From assembly GCA_047495785.1 (NCBI GenBank), contig JBLDXI010000036.1, positions 1,116,001 through 1,180,000 of the forward strand: a DNA stretch of 64,000 nt, written 5' to 3'. Under the pieces are notes generated by a model. That model was not told where the DNA came from. It searched no databases and saw only the letters and a program-made list of their open reading frames with translations. Position numbers and translations under genes: made by a program. This document shows, piece after piece, positions 23,304-34,887 of this stretch. Each line of letters starts with the position of its first letter. The stretch's first letter is position 1. The stretch is from Lepidodermella squamata (taxonomy: Eukaryota; Animalia; Gastrotricha).

Positions 23304-26300
23304 TTAAATTAATTGGCCCATTTCGGGAATGGAAAAGGCTGCGCAGTTGATTTCGACGATTCGCAGCTGGTTCTGCGTCAGAGCTGCATTGAACATGTTC
23401 ATGCATGCAATGCTGCCCAAGTAAGTTGTAGACGTATCAGCCCATGCTCTAAGAAATAAAGCCAAGTGAGACCGTAATTCAAACAGGCGCAAACGTGAAA
23501 ACTTACCGTGCCAAGGCGAGCTGCCCGCTGCCAGTAATGGGTCGGTAGGGGTTTGCTGTACTACCACCTTTTCGATCGCAAAGAAAAGTCATCGAGGAAG
23601 CGCTAGCGTTGTACGTCAAAGTCAGAAAACGCCAGCTGAAAAAAGCCGGGCAGCTGATTACAGTCTGACTGGAGTTGAAAACCCTGGCGACGAAAGACCG
23701 GCCTGTGTTACCATTGATTCTCAAACCTGGCGTCGACCCGTCAGGAGCGTATTCGATGACTGTTCTCTGTGCAGCCGAGGTCGTGACGAAGAAGGCGATG
23801 GTGAAACTGCCGGTGCTGAACTTGATCTTTTCGGCAACCAATTTGATGAGACTTGTCGAGTTGTAAAAATAGGCCGTGTTCGCTAAACCAAATGGCCCAG
23901 AAACTTGCCGAAGAGCTGTAGTGGGGGTCGTAAAATTGGCCCTGGGATCGACTGAATCACTCAAATCTGAAACCAACGGCCAGGTGGCTACGGTAGACGT
24001 TAGCAGGGCGCTCAAGTTCTCAGGAGACCACGTTTTGCCAGCGTGAATTTGCAAACATTTCTTCCGAACTATCCACAACTGATTCACAGTTAGGACGGAT
24101 TTGAAAACCGACAGACAGGACAGTTGACCAGCCAAGCTGGCAGAGTTGTTGAAATTTCGACCAACTTTCAGTTTCGTGCTGGTTACTGCAGGTGTTGCGA
24201 CACTGGCCGATTCGGCTAAGCTGTCGCATACTGCTGTAATTTCTTTCGAATTCATGTTGTAAGAAACAGCGATGAAGACCCATGTTTGAATCGAGCTGAT
24301 GACGGAGAAGCAGCCAAGTGTATCTAGATTATTGAAATTATCTGAGAAAGACAGAAAAAAATGTGAAAATGTATGTCCGAGAATAAACCAAAAATTGTTA
24401 ACCTGGTGCAATTGTAGCCAAATTTTCAATAAGCAAATGAAGGCAAAATTTGATCCGTTTAACATCTCACCTCTATATATTGCCAATATGTTCACAGATG
24501 GGTTGTAATAAATTCGGAACAGGGCTGAATTATCGTAAAACTCAATTATCGGATACAAGACGCCGGAGGTTGTGGCGAAACGGACGTAAACAGATATGGT
24601 AAATGACGAGTTGCTGAGGTCGAGCTTGCTATTGGTCAGATCCAGATAACCAGCCCCTGGGCTGAAAGTCAGCGACGAGCCTGGGAAATCAAACGGGCCA
24701 GTGCTGTAGACAGGATCTTGAATTGTACCACTGATTTGATTCCCGCTGATATCAGTCACGCCGTAAGTCTCGGTGAGCGGGAGGAACATCAGTTCTAGTG
24801 GTAACCCGAAAGCAGTCTCTGAAACAAATTTCAGCAAACATTAATTTTAGAGTCAGAAATTCGATAAACGCACGTTGTTTGCATAGCTCGAAATTGCTGT
24901 AAGGCGAATTGTTTGATGGTGTCTAAGATAGCGAGAAATTAGAGCGAGCTGTCACTTATCGATTCAAAGCTCACCCAATCTTGAGGACAGTTGCCTGCTA
25001 GGCATTTTGCAGTCATCAACAGCTGGTTACTGCACAAGTTGTACTGTTTGAGAGATGGGAAAATGTATTAGGAATTATATTAAAATTAAATTAAATAAAC
25101 TCAAAATTTCATGAATAGGCGTCTTTCTAATGATCTCCCCTGTAGTTTCATTATAGACTAAATATCTGCATTAAATCACATCAATTTCGTCCAAATTTCG
25201 AAGCATTCGACAAGAATGATGGCCAGTCAAAGAAAGCCTTCTTACCGGCATAGCAGCTAGGCAGGCAGCGTAATTGTCGGAAAAGTTGCCACTCGCATAA
25301 ACGCCAGACTACATAGAACAAAGCCTTGGTTGAACGAATTGGTTTGATCTACATTAAATAAACCGCTGATAATCCTTGCGGACAAGTTGGGGAATCTTGG
25401 CACACTCCAGCTGCAGCACATTGATAGGCGCTCTTTAAACATAAAGGGATGTAAAGTGTTTACAAAAAAAAATCAAATTTTTACCGATGTCACACAGGCA
25501 CTCTGAGACGTAAAGCTAACGCTTCCGATCTGCAAAATTGCCAAAAACATCCTTACCGGAAGCTTTTATCCATCAACTAACATTAACAAGAGGATTTGGG
25601 CACGACGGGCCAATGTAGCAGCCGTTGAATGCCATAGCGTTAACGTAACAGTGAACGTATTCGATAGCTAGTAAAACAAGATTTTATCCATCCCACAAGT
25701 CTTACGAATAAAAAGCAACTTTTGCAAATAGCGAAGGAGTCAAAGACACCGCCACCTGAACTCGCGATCTGAAAGCAGTGTTTCTCGGAAATAGGGATAA
25801 AAAACTAAGCAGACAACCCACAGCAGACGCTGGGCATGTCGAGTTGACGGGGACGCAAATGAAGAGGAAATTTGTATTAGATTCGAAACATCGTTTATGC
25901 TTTCCCTTTTCGACGAAGAGAGATAAATGAAGACGCACACTAGATCAATTTTCTCACCTGGATCGAAGCTACACATGCTTGGAAATTCGCCGCAAACTGC
26001 GTAGAGCTCGATCCAATGCTTCCAAGCTAAAAATTTGAAAAACAACCGTCAATTTCTGAAAGCTTGAAATTCCACAGTACCAGGCCGTAAAAAAAACAAA
26101 GAACAGAAAAAGAAGTCCATCTTAACTTCGCAATTTTAAAATTCATATTACGTCGAATTTATCGGTTCCATTCGGGCATGAATCAATGCAGCTACCACCG
26201 GTTGTATTATCGTAGCACATGTTGATCGCCTGTCGCAAGAAATTACTCGAAGCTTCAAATAATAAAGACTCAAAATCTAGTATACCCCAGCTTCACACGA

Positions 26301-28059
26301 TGGTTTCGTCGGGAATATTGTCACACCAGGTGTCTATAGAATGTAAATCGAAGTATTGAGGTGGAATTAACAAAATATAACTACATCTGTTCCATCGCAT
26401 GCGATTTGAGCGGGCTTGCATCCGGAAAATCTCAGCCCTCCAGTGCCGAAACAGCGCCGATGTGGGAAGAAAGACTGTGGTGCTGCAAAAATTAACCAAT
26501 ATCTTCAAAAATGTGTAATTCTATTAGTTTTACAAACCTGATTCGCATTCGCCGAGGTTCGTGAATGAAACGTCCGTTGAGAACTGGTTGGTACTACCAG
26601 CGGGGCAACTTTCGCTGCCATCTGTTGGTATACACTTGACAAGTGAATACGTTTGCGAGTTCAGGCAGAATGTATGCGGTTTCTAAATATGCAGAGGAAA
26701 AATCAGAAAATTGCAATAAACTCATGAGCCTTGTACATACCTTGTATATTGGGAGATATCTCAGGCATTGGGCATAATTTGTGCCGAAATCGTTCACGCT
26801 GTTGAAAGTTAAAACCTGAAATGACAAATCTAAACAATTTGTTACATCGATCCATTCCCTACCAGACTCATCGGCGAACGGCATATGCCTTGACAAATAA
26901 AAACAGAGGCAGATTTGCAAAGGGCTGCTGCCTGTAATGGAAAGACGAACATACAAAAGTAAAATTTATCACTGCAACAAACCCCAGCAGTGCAATGATT
27001 TTTGTCAATGTAGATTCCAGCGCTGAAAGCCTAGAAAATACAATTTTATTGAAATCGAAATTTCCAGGTGAAACGAAAAATGAATAGAATACAGCTTCAT
27101 GTCGAAAAACAGAAATAATGAAAATAATTTATAATTCCACTAATTTTAAAATTTCGACTTTGAATGCAGCTTCACCTGAGACTGCGTTGATTCATTGCAT
27201 CCTGGATTAGCCAATAGGCAGCCAGCAAATGATCCATCAGTTTTCGAGAAGCACCGAACGTGCGGCGAATAATCAGGACTTTTTACAGCTATAATACAAT
27301 TGAACATGTAACAAAGTGAACACATTGAACCGTCAACCTCTGATTCGCGATAAGCAGTCGGACAAAGTAATTATCAGGTTCAATTCACGCTAAAATACAA
27401 CATTAAATTTAAAGTTGAAATGGACTTCAGGGTACCAATCTCACCCAGCCAGCTGGACATTGGCCGTCAATCGGGACACAGGTTAGAGCGGAGCCATTAC
27501 CACACTGGATCGCTGGGTTGTCCTGCGCAGAAAAATACACAGCTTTCAATAGAAAATTTCTCATAGCAAACCATATAAGGCCGAATAGCGCCGAGGCAGG
27601 CTTCATAACGCGGCCTGAATGCCAAACCCGTAAAATCTAAATGCTGTTGGGAATCAAAATAATTTTCGGATAATTATTGAAAGAAAAAAATTACCGGAAT
27701 TTCCTCCTTTGAACAAGAAACGAGTTTGGGGAGGCATCTCAAAGTGAACAGCTGCGGGTTGTAGCAGCTGTGGGCTGACTAAAATAACAGCCCACGTGAA
27801 AATTGTAACAAAAATCCTCGTATCAACTTACGCCTTGTTTACAACTCGTGGAATCAGGAAGCGCTGGGCCCAGCTATTCCCATTAAAATAAATGAAGCTG
27901 TGTTGTATCATAGACCAAGCTTACCTGGACTTCTTCGAATTGGTCACAGTCAGGTTTGCAGTCGACGAATGCGTCGTTCCATCGTGAAAAGCATCGCTTG
28001 TAACAGTCAACACTGCTAAAAGCGAGCGTGACTAGCAAAAGAATTTGCAAAAAATTCAT
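23304..28059 (-). CDS. Paralogue B2: secreted protein, 12 four-Cys modules + 2 ConA-like/LamG domains (apparently intact)
   Basis: ATG at 28059 (MNFLQILLLVTLAFSSVDCYKRCFSRWNDAFVDCKPDC); exons collinear with B1; the LamG ORF 23503-24837 contains a ~130-nt in-frame intron; last exon ends FSIPEMGQLI*. Confidence 0.8.
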
Positions 28060-28947
28060 AGTAATTTCCGTGGTTGAAAATTGTTTGAATGAACAGTTGC
28101 GATACGTTTGCCTGAAATCACGTATTTTTTCAAACGTGGAGTTTCTTGGTCGCGTGCTGTGAAAAAGCGATGTTCCAATTTCCAACGACACTGAGGCAAT
28201 AGATCAAAGGTGCTTTACCATTAACGTTCATGATTTATTATATAATTGTCGTAAATGGTGCTTTAATCGCACGCAGCTATGAACCATATCACTGCTGATT
28301 GTTGTCGATGTTTTTATTTTTATTTTGTTTGCCTCTGCTGCTCTTCGAGAAAATAAGTCAGAGATTCAAGCTGATAGGCACTCCACAGACTCTATGACAA
28401 TACTTGGCTGCCATAACCATGCGAGCCGGTCTAGGTAGTTTTTGTGTTGAATCATATGTTCGGGGAGAGTATTTCTTCATACCGAAGTTAAGAAGCTAAT
28501 TTTCTATTGAGGCCCCAAGCTATCATGCGTTACCTTTCTTCCTGGTCAATGATTTGCATATGCACACGTGCATATGTGCAACATAAGCTGTGCGCGCCTG
28601 AGATTTTACAAAAAAAACTTGCAACACGAGCTGGGAGCGATCTCTTGGCGCTAAATTCACTACCCTGTTACCGTTCTCGCATTAAAAACTGTCTTGCTTT
28701 TATGCAAAACAGACAGCGTGGAGATTCTCTCTTCGCCTAAAGAGGTAGCTCCGTGCTCCGTGATTTTTTCAGTTCTGCTCATCTCGTCTAGCACGTATGT
28801 TATGCCGCCTTTCCCCTTCTGAAGTGTGACACTAGCGAAAGATGCCGCTCTTTCTTAAATTTCTTCGAAATTTCCTGCTCAGCCGCGTAGAACAGTTGTT
28901 AAATCTTAAAAGTTGCTCCACTATAAAATTTTATAGCGAAATAATAA

Positions 28948-29900
28948 GCCGAATTTTCCGGCGCCAGGCAGCCCATGATGATATCACACCTTCGTCTACA
29001 TTCTGTAACATTTTCACATTAGGCTTTTTAAACTGGGCAACATAAAAGTTGGTAAAACAAAATAGCGAGAACCGAGGAAAATGTTCCTCACTGATAACTA
29101 CTGCAAGCACCATGTGACTCACCCAGCTACGATGAATCATGTGCGCACTAGAAAATTGTGCGGCTACAATCATTGGCAAGGACTAGGAAAATGGATTAGG
29201 TAAAAGGTTTCTTTTAAATTTCGAAGCATTCGACAAGAATGATGGCCAGTCAAAAGGCTTCTTACCGGCATAGCTGCTAGGCAGGCAGCGTAACTGTCGG
29301 AAAAGTTGCCATTCGCATAAACGCCAGACTAAATAGAACAAAGCCTTGGTTAAACGAATTCGCTTGATGTAAGCTAGTCTTCAACGCAGGCGGGATTGAC
29401 GAAAACGTCGTCAAACCCCGCCCGTCAACGACATCAATGAACGAAATGAAATAAACCGCTGATAATCCTTACGGACAAGTTGGCGAATCTTGGAACATTG
29501 ATAGACGCTCTAGAAATACAGTGAAAATCAAAAGGTTTGAAAGAAAAAACGAACAAGATGTGCCTGAGATGCAGAGGCCTACACTGGCGTACGAGCCATT
29601 GCCTTCGAGCTTTTAAAATAGAGCAGCAGTTATAAGAGGCAACCAGAGAGCTAGAGAGGCTCAATTCTTTCAAACCTAGTTATCAGGACACGTGTAGTTC
29701 GATTGAACACATGTTTTCATCACTCCGCTGTCTGTGCATCGCTTGAAAGATTGATTCTGAAGATCAAAGGTGTACAATGTATTGAATAAATTAGCGCTGA
29801 TGAATTGACAGCAAATTTCAATAGAGCCGCGTTGCAAGCAGCTAAACTGTCCTTCAGGGCGGTATTCCTGAACCAATCAAGCTAAAACATTAATACAGTT
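28948..29900 (-). pseudogene. Collapsed duplicate relic: A2-like exons 4-6 + B2-like module-11 exons + spacer
   Basis: 29530-29900 matches 36445-36820; 29216-29511 matches 25193-25440; 28948-29185 matches 22205-22455; in-frame stop (TCPDN*). Confidence 0.8.
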
Positions 29901-31739
29901 ATAATACAGAAAAACAGTGAAAATGAAAAGTTACGCACGGTCAGGAATTCGTTCAGTTGAAACTAAAAATATCTCACATGCGCCTGAACTATTTTTAGCT
30001 TCAAGCTTGATTATGCCGGTATTAAGGTTTCATTTGCCAATTTTCACCTTGCCTTGTAGCTTGCCTTGCGTCACACATTGCCATGTGCCAGTATCCGTGA
30101 ACTCGTCAACATGCGTGCCTGTTGAGCGTCTCTCGCGAAATCCGTACCTAGCTGGAATTTTGATGGCATGGGTGCCCAATCCGTTGCGAACGCGTTTCAT
30201 TGCCGTGATAAAAATTTTTTGAGATTCGATTGTCGACCTTCTACGAAATTTCTATGAAAGTCGTGGCGGTAACAGCTAGTAAAGCTTTCTGCTCGAATTT
30301 CTCAACACTTCGTAACGCTTAGTGACACGATGATCCGTTACATGCCGTTACATGCCGCTACAAGCCTTGGGTTTGGTAAACGTGACGCGTGACATGGCAC
30401 AGAGTGATATAGCTAATTTAAATTGCCTTCAAACGCTGCGCCGAGTAGAAAGGGTAAAAATGAATTTCCAGAAAATGAAACACAGCAGCACCTCAGCTCG
30501 GCTTTGGATTTGACATTTTTTCATGTTTGGGAATGAAGCGCCGCTCTGCAACAAAATAGGCCTGGAACATGATTTAGGATTAAGGAAATCTGATGTTTGC
30601 TTTGATAGGACAGTGGCCATGCATTGTTTTATTTTCTTCAAGATGTAAGAATTTGCCGATAAATAACATTCGGATTCATATTAGTTATTAAGATTTAGGT
30701 TAGCAAGCAGCTAGCATAATTTAACAGCGGTCAGTAACGGCCATGGATTTCAGCGCATGCCTGGAACTTGGAAAGCGGCGCAATTGATCTCAACGATACG
30801 CCTCTGGCCGAAAGTGAGAACTTGGTTGAATATACTCAAGCAAGTCAAATAATTATCATAGTGGTCTTGTGGATCTGCCCAAGATCTGTCAAAAGAACAC
30901 GTATAACTCTTAACATATATGTATTGCTGTTTACTGATCAGACACTTACCGCCCTAGGATGAATTGACCACTTTTGGTAATGGGCCGCTTTCCACTGCCT
31001 ATCAAGCCACCGTTGCTGTCGCCATAGAAACTCAGCTTGTCGCCATCTGCATCGAGCGTGATTGTTAGAAAATGCCAGCCATCTCCCGCAAGAGCACTAG
31101 TGGCGATTGAAGTTAATGTATCGCCGTACGGCCGAATGTTGAAATACGTCAAGTTGGCTGCTATGATTTTAAGCCCCAGAGTCGTTCCGTCAGGGGCGAA
31201 TTCAAGAATCGGTTTGCTCTGTGATCCCGGGTTGTCATTTGCGTTCAAGGCAAACAATGCGATAGTGAAACTACCACTGTCGAGCTTGACTTTGTCAGCA
31301 GTCACAACAATAGGATCACTAGAGGTGAATTCGAAGACCTGCTCACCAAAAGGGCCTAGCCATGTAATGCAAAAGGGTGGTCAATTCTTCGGGGATCCAC
31401 GTTTTGCCGGCGTGAATTTGCAGACACTTCTTCCTCACAATCCACAATTGTTGCAGCGTTAGAGCTCGATCAAAAATCGATAGACAAGCTATTTGACCTG
31501 GAAGACTCGAGTTATCCGCGAAATTCCTACCAATTTTCACTCTACTACTCGTCTTGATCGAATTTGTATTAAGTCTGTAAACAACCGAGTCGCAAAGTAG
31601 AAGGAATCGTTTCGTTGATTTATCGTATGTGGCGGCGATAAAGACCCACGGCAGAGACGGCCCATTTACTGCTTTACATTGCCACACATTCATCGAATCC
31701 CCACTACCTGCGAAAATAACATTTTTTTATTCAGAAGGA

Positions 31740-33091
31740 TAGGAAAGACAGCTGAACTTGTTTACGCCTTCCGATTACTAGACCTGATTCAGACGTTCAG
31801 GCGCTGGGAAGAGTAACAAACAACCCCATTCAAATTCGCATTTCAAGTTATCGTCGGGCAACAGTGCGCGAAGTACGGGGGGGAATGGAGGGTATCATAC
31901 CCCCCAGTTCGCAAGGCCAAAGTGGAAAAACTCCAAAAAATCCACAGGGTGGACCCTTTGGTCATAAAATTTGGTCCCGAAAATACCCCCTAGTTCGAGG
32001 ATCCACTTCGCGCACTGTCGGGCAAGATTAATTTCACGGATGTGTAATTCTCAAAGCCATGATATCGAATTTTATGTAAACGCAGTACGCAGAGAAGCTA
32101 TGGAATTTGCTCCAAGAGCAGTCACAGTAAATCAAATTCGGCAAAGACGCGCCCCAGAGCAGGCATGCTGCGAGGCATAATGGCTCGACGTGTTCTACCG
32201 CAAAAGTTGGGTATAACTTTCCACAAAGCATTATCGGAAAGTGTGATGACGTACATTGCACCCGCATGGTATTGCATGCCGAAATCATCGAGAGAAAGGC
32301 TGTTCGAAATCCAAGCGAATGGCCTAAGAGCCGCGCTAGATCTGCCATATGACGCTGATGCTTACGGAACCCTATTTCTGGCAGAAGTAAAATCTATTGA
32401 AGACGTACTTTGGGACAGACTAGAAGAATATGGAAAGCGTTGCCTCCAGACCAGCGAAGTCATGGCCAGCTATCTGCGCTACATTTGGCACCTCGAATTC
32501 GACGCTTCCGGGAGTAAAATCATGAGCAATCACTCACCAGCTTGGAAGATCCGCCACCTTGCGGGCACCTCTGTTGAACCGTTGAAGGAAAATAAACCCA
32601 TATGGCTTCTATACGCGGACTAGCACTCAGATCTCCCGCGATCGTATGACCGCCCTAATTGAAACTCATTTGCTGGTTCAGTCCAGTTCACCCATTTTAC
32701 ACTTTGAGCTTGCCTTTCAGAGCCGGAGCCTTGAATCCCTGACCTGAGCCTACCGGTAAGCCCTTGCCCTATTTAATCCTTCCCTTTTGATTCATAGAGA
32801 GCCTTGAGCCTTCACCTGAGTCTTCACCTGAGCCTTCACCCTGAGTCTTCACCCTGAGCCTACGCCTTGAGCCTTCACCCTGAGCCTACGCCTTGAGCCT
32901 TCACCTTTGGAGTTAAATTTTGTAAGTCTAACAATCACCTGTAAGCTAACATGTTTTATTTTGTTGAATCCGACAACAACCTGTCAACACCTCTTCGAAC
33001 GGACAAACGAGAAAGACCGTTCAACTTGACCCAGCGAACAGCCCTGGATCCCTCGAACGAGTCGATAAAACAATAAAAACACAAAAAAAAA
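31740..33091 (+). mobile_element. 5'-truncated LINE 3' end in an A2 intron
   Basis: ORF 32165-32623 (MTYIAPAW..RLFEIQANGLRAALDLP) is typical of the post-RT region of LINEs; 3' UTR tandem tgagcc repeats at 32705-32905; AATAAA and A-rich tail at 33067-33091. The 5' boundary is approximate. Confidence 0.7.
31862..32017. mobile_element. hAT-type MITE (156 bp)
   Basis: TIR cagtgcgcgaagt; perfect 8-bp TSD TCGGGCAA (31854-31861, 32018-32025). Confidence 0.9.
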
Positions 33092-33325
33092 TCCTTACTA
33101 CAAATCATATCTGATCAAATACGTGATGTGTGAATATAAATATAAATATATATATATATATATGTGCTACGTAATGTGCTAATGACTCTGCTCCTTGACC
33201 GAGAGCACCTCTGGGTGAGTGGTCAAAAACAAATAAATCTAAAAATTTGCCAAATTCGTGAAATTAAAAGTTGTTTGCTGTTTCGTTGACTAAATGGCTA
33301 GAGATCAGCCAAAGAATGACCAATA

Positions 33326-34887
33326 CCGTAATCCGGTACACTTTTGAGCATATCACGCAAATCAGCTCTTCTCTGAAACCGTGGGGATCTACCGCTTGGA
33401 AATTTTACTGAATATTGGTCTCGTTGAGATCTAACATTTTGCCAAGTTTCGCCAACACAGCCCCCACGGTCTCGTCCTTAAAAATTCCCAAAAAACAACG
33501 TTTTTGGTCTACTTTCAAGTGTTGTCCTGTGATAATCGTAGCAGATATTCGCGAGGTCCAACTTGGCGAATTCAAGGTTATACTTTTCTGAAGAAGTAGC
33601 CAAAAAGGCACGTCCTTCTATAGAGTGGTTCATAGATAATAATAAAGATCGGAAGCTTACGATCCTGCCATAGTGTCGAAATTTTAGTGTGCAAAGGTCA
33701 CCATGTGCAAAGGTCACCATGTGCAAAGCCACATTTTTGTGCGTTTTATTTGTGCCATGTGCGCCTAGCTAAATGCATGTTAAATCGACCCATTTTTAAA
33801 TCGATTTTTTGGAAAACATCATTTTTCTGATTTTTTGATAATTTTTACCCTAGTACAACTCTTAGCGCTCTTTCGAACGAGACCAGGCTCATCATCCTGG
33901 GACCTTTGCAAGGCCACCTAGACATTCGCAAAGTAGGTCACAAAAATGCGAAGATCGAAATTTGTCGATTATGTCGGGGCGGAAAAAATTGTTAAAATTT
34001 GATCGAAAAATTTCAGAAAAAATATTTTCTTTACCAGGATGGGCTAAGCTATCGAAATATATATCGCTAAAAGTTGTACTAGGGTAAAAATTATCAAAAA
34101 ATCAGAAAAATGACGTTTTTCAAAAAATCGATTTAAAAATGGGTCGATTTTACATGCATTTAGCTAGGCGCACATGGCACAAATAAAACGCACAAAAATG
34201 TGGCTTTGCACATGGTGACCTTTGCACCCTAAAATTTTGACACTATGGCAGGATCGTAAGCTTCCGATCTTTATTATTATCTATGGAGTAGTTTTTCGCG
34301 TGGCATGCGCTCAAAGTTGCAAGGGTAGCCGGTACAACTTTGAACACGATAGAAATTCATTATTTTGACTTTGAGGAAAATGTTTCAATTTTTTATAGAC
34401 TTCGCTTGCATCTAATGAACTCCACTCCGCTCCATAGAGAACGTAGGGATCAGAAAAAACACTTTACACTTTCTATCTCTTTCTATCTATTGACAACCAA
34501 CTAATTTCAAATACCGAGTAAATGTCCACCATAAAAATGATAATGGCTTTTTATTTTTTCAATTTTCACGCACTTCGTTCTTTATGAGCAAACCAGTGAG
34601 TTGAAAATCGCAAATTTCACGCGAAATTCTCTGCGAACGAATAAAGTTGGATTTTTTATTACAAAAATTCTTGGTGTTCAAAGTTATATTGCGCTGTTCA
34701 AAGTTGTACTACCCCTTGCCAAATCCTTGCGCTTTAGAATTTCCGAGAATGAAAAATATCAGGATGTTCCGGAAGGCGACCCCTATCGAACTACGTTGAA
34801 AACCCGACCAAAATCGCATCTGTTGAATTTTCACAGCACATTGAAGTTTGCATGGACGTAGGTGTTCAAAGTTGTACCGGATTACGG
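33326..34887. mobile_element. Tc1/mariner-pogo-type non-autonomous element
   Basis: TA|ccgtaatccggtaca ... tgtaccggattacgg|TA. Confidence 0.85.
33631..34285. mobile_element. Nested foldback element with CATAG termini (P-element- or hAT-like)
   Basis: >200-bp inverted arms starting catagataataataaagatcggaagc; 8-bp TSD gagtggtt / gagtagtt (1 mismatch). Confidence 0.85.

Noticed and set aside
23503-24837. The 444-aa ORF as a single-exon gene
   Set aside because: It begins in an intron, contains a stop-free in-frame intron and ends at a splice donor; it is part of B2
31355-31402. Cryptic 45-nt intron rescuing the A2 frameshift
   Set aside because: GTGGAT...GCTAG is a multiple of 3 and leaves the TGA in frame
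32705-32905. tgagcc/ttcacc tandem array as a functional array or telomere
   Set aside because: Irregular minisatellite inside a LINE 3' UTR
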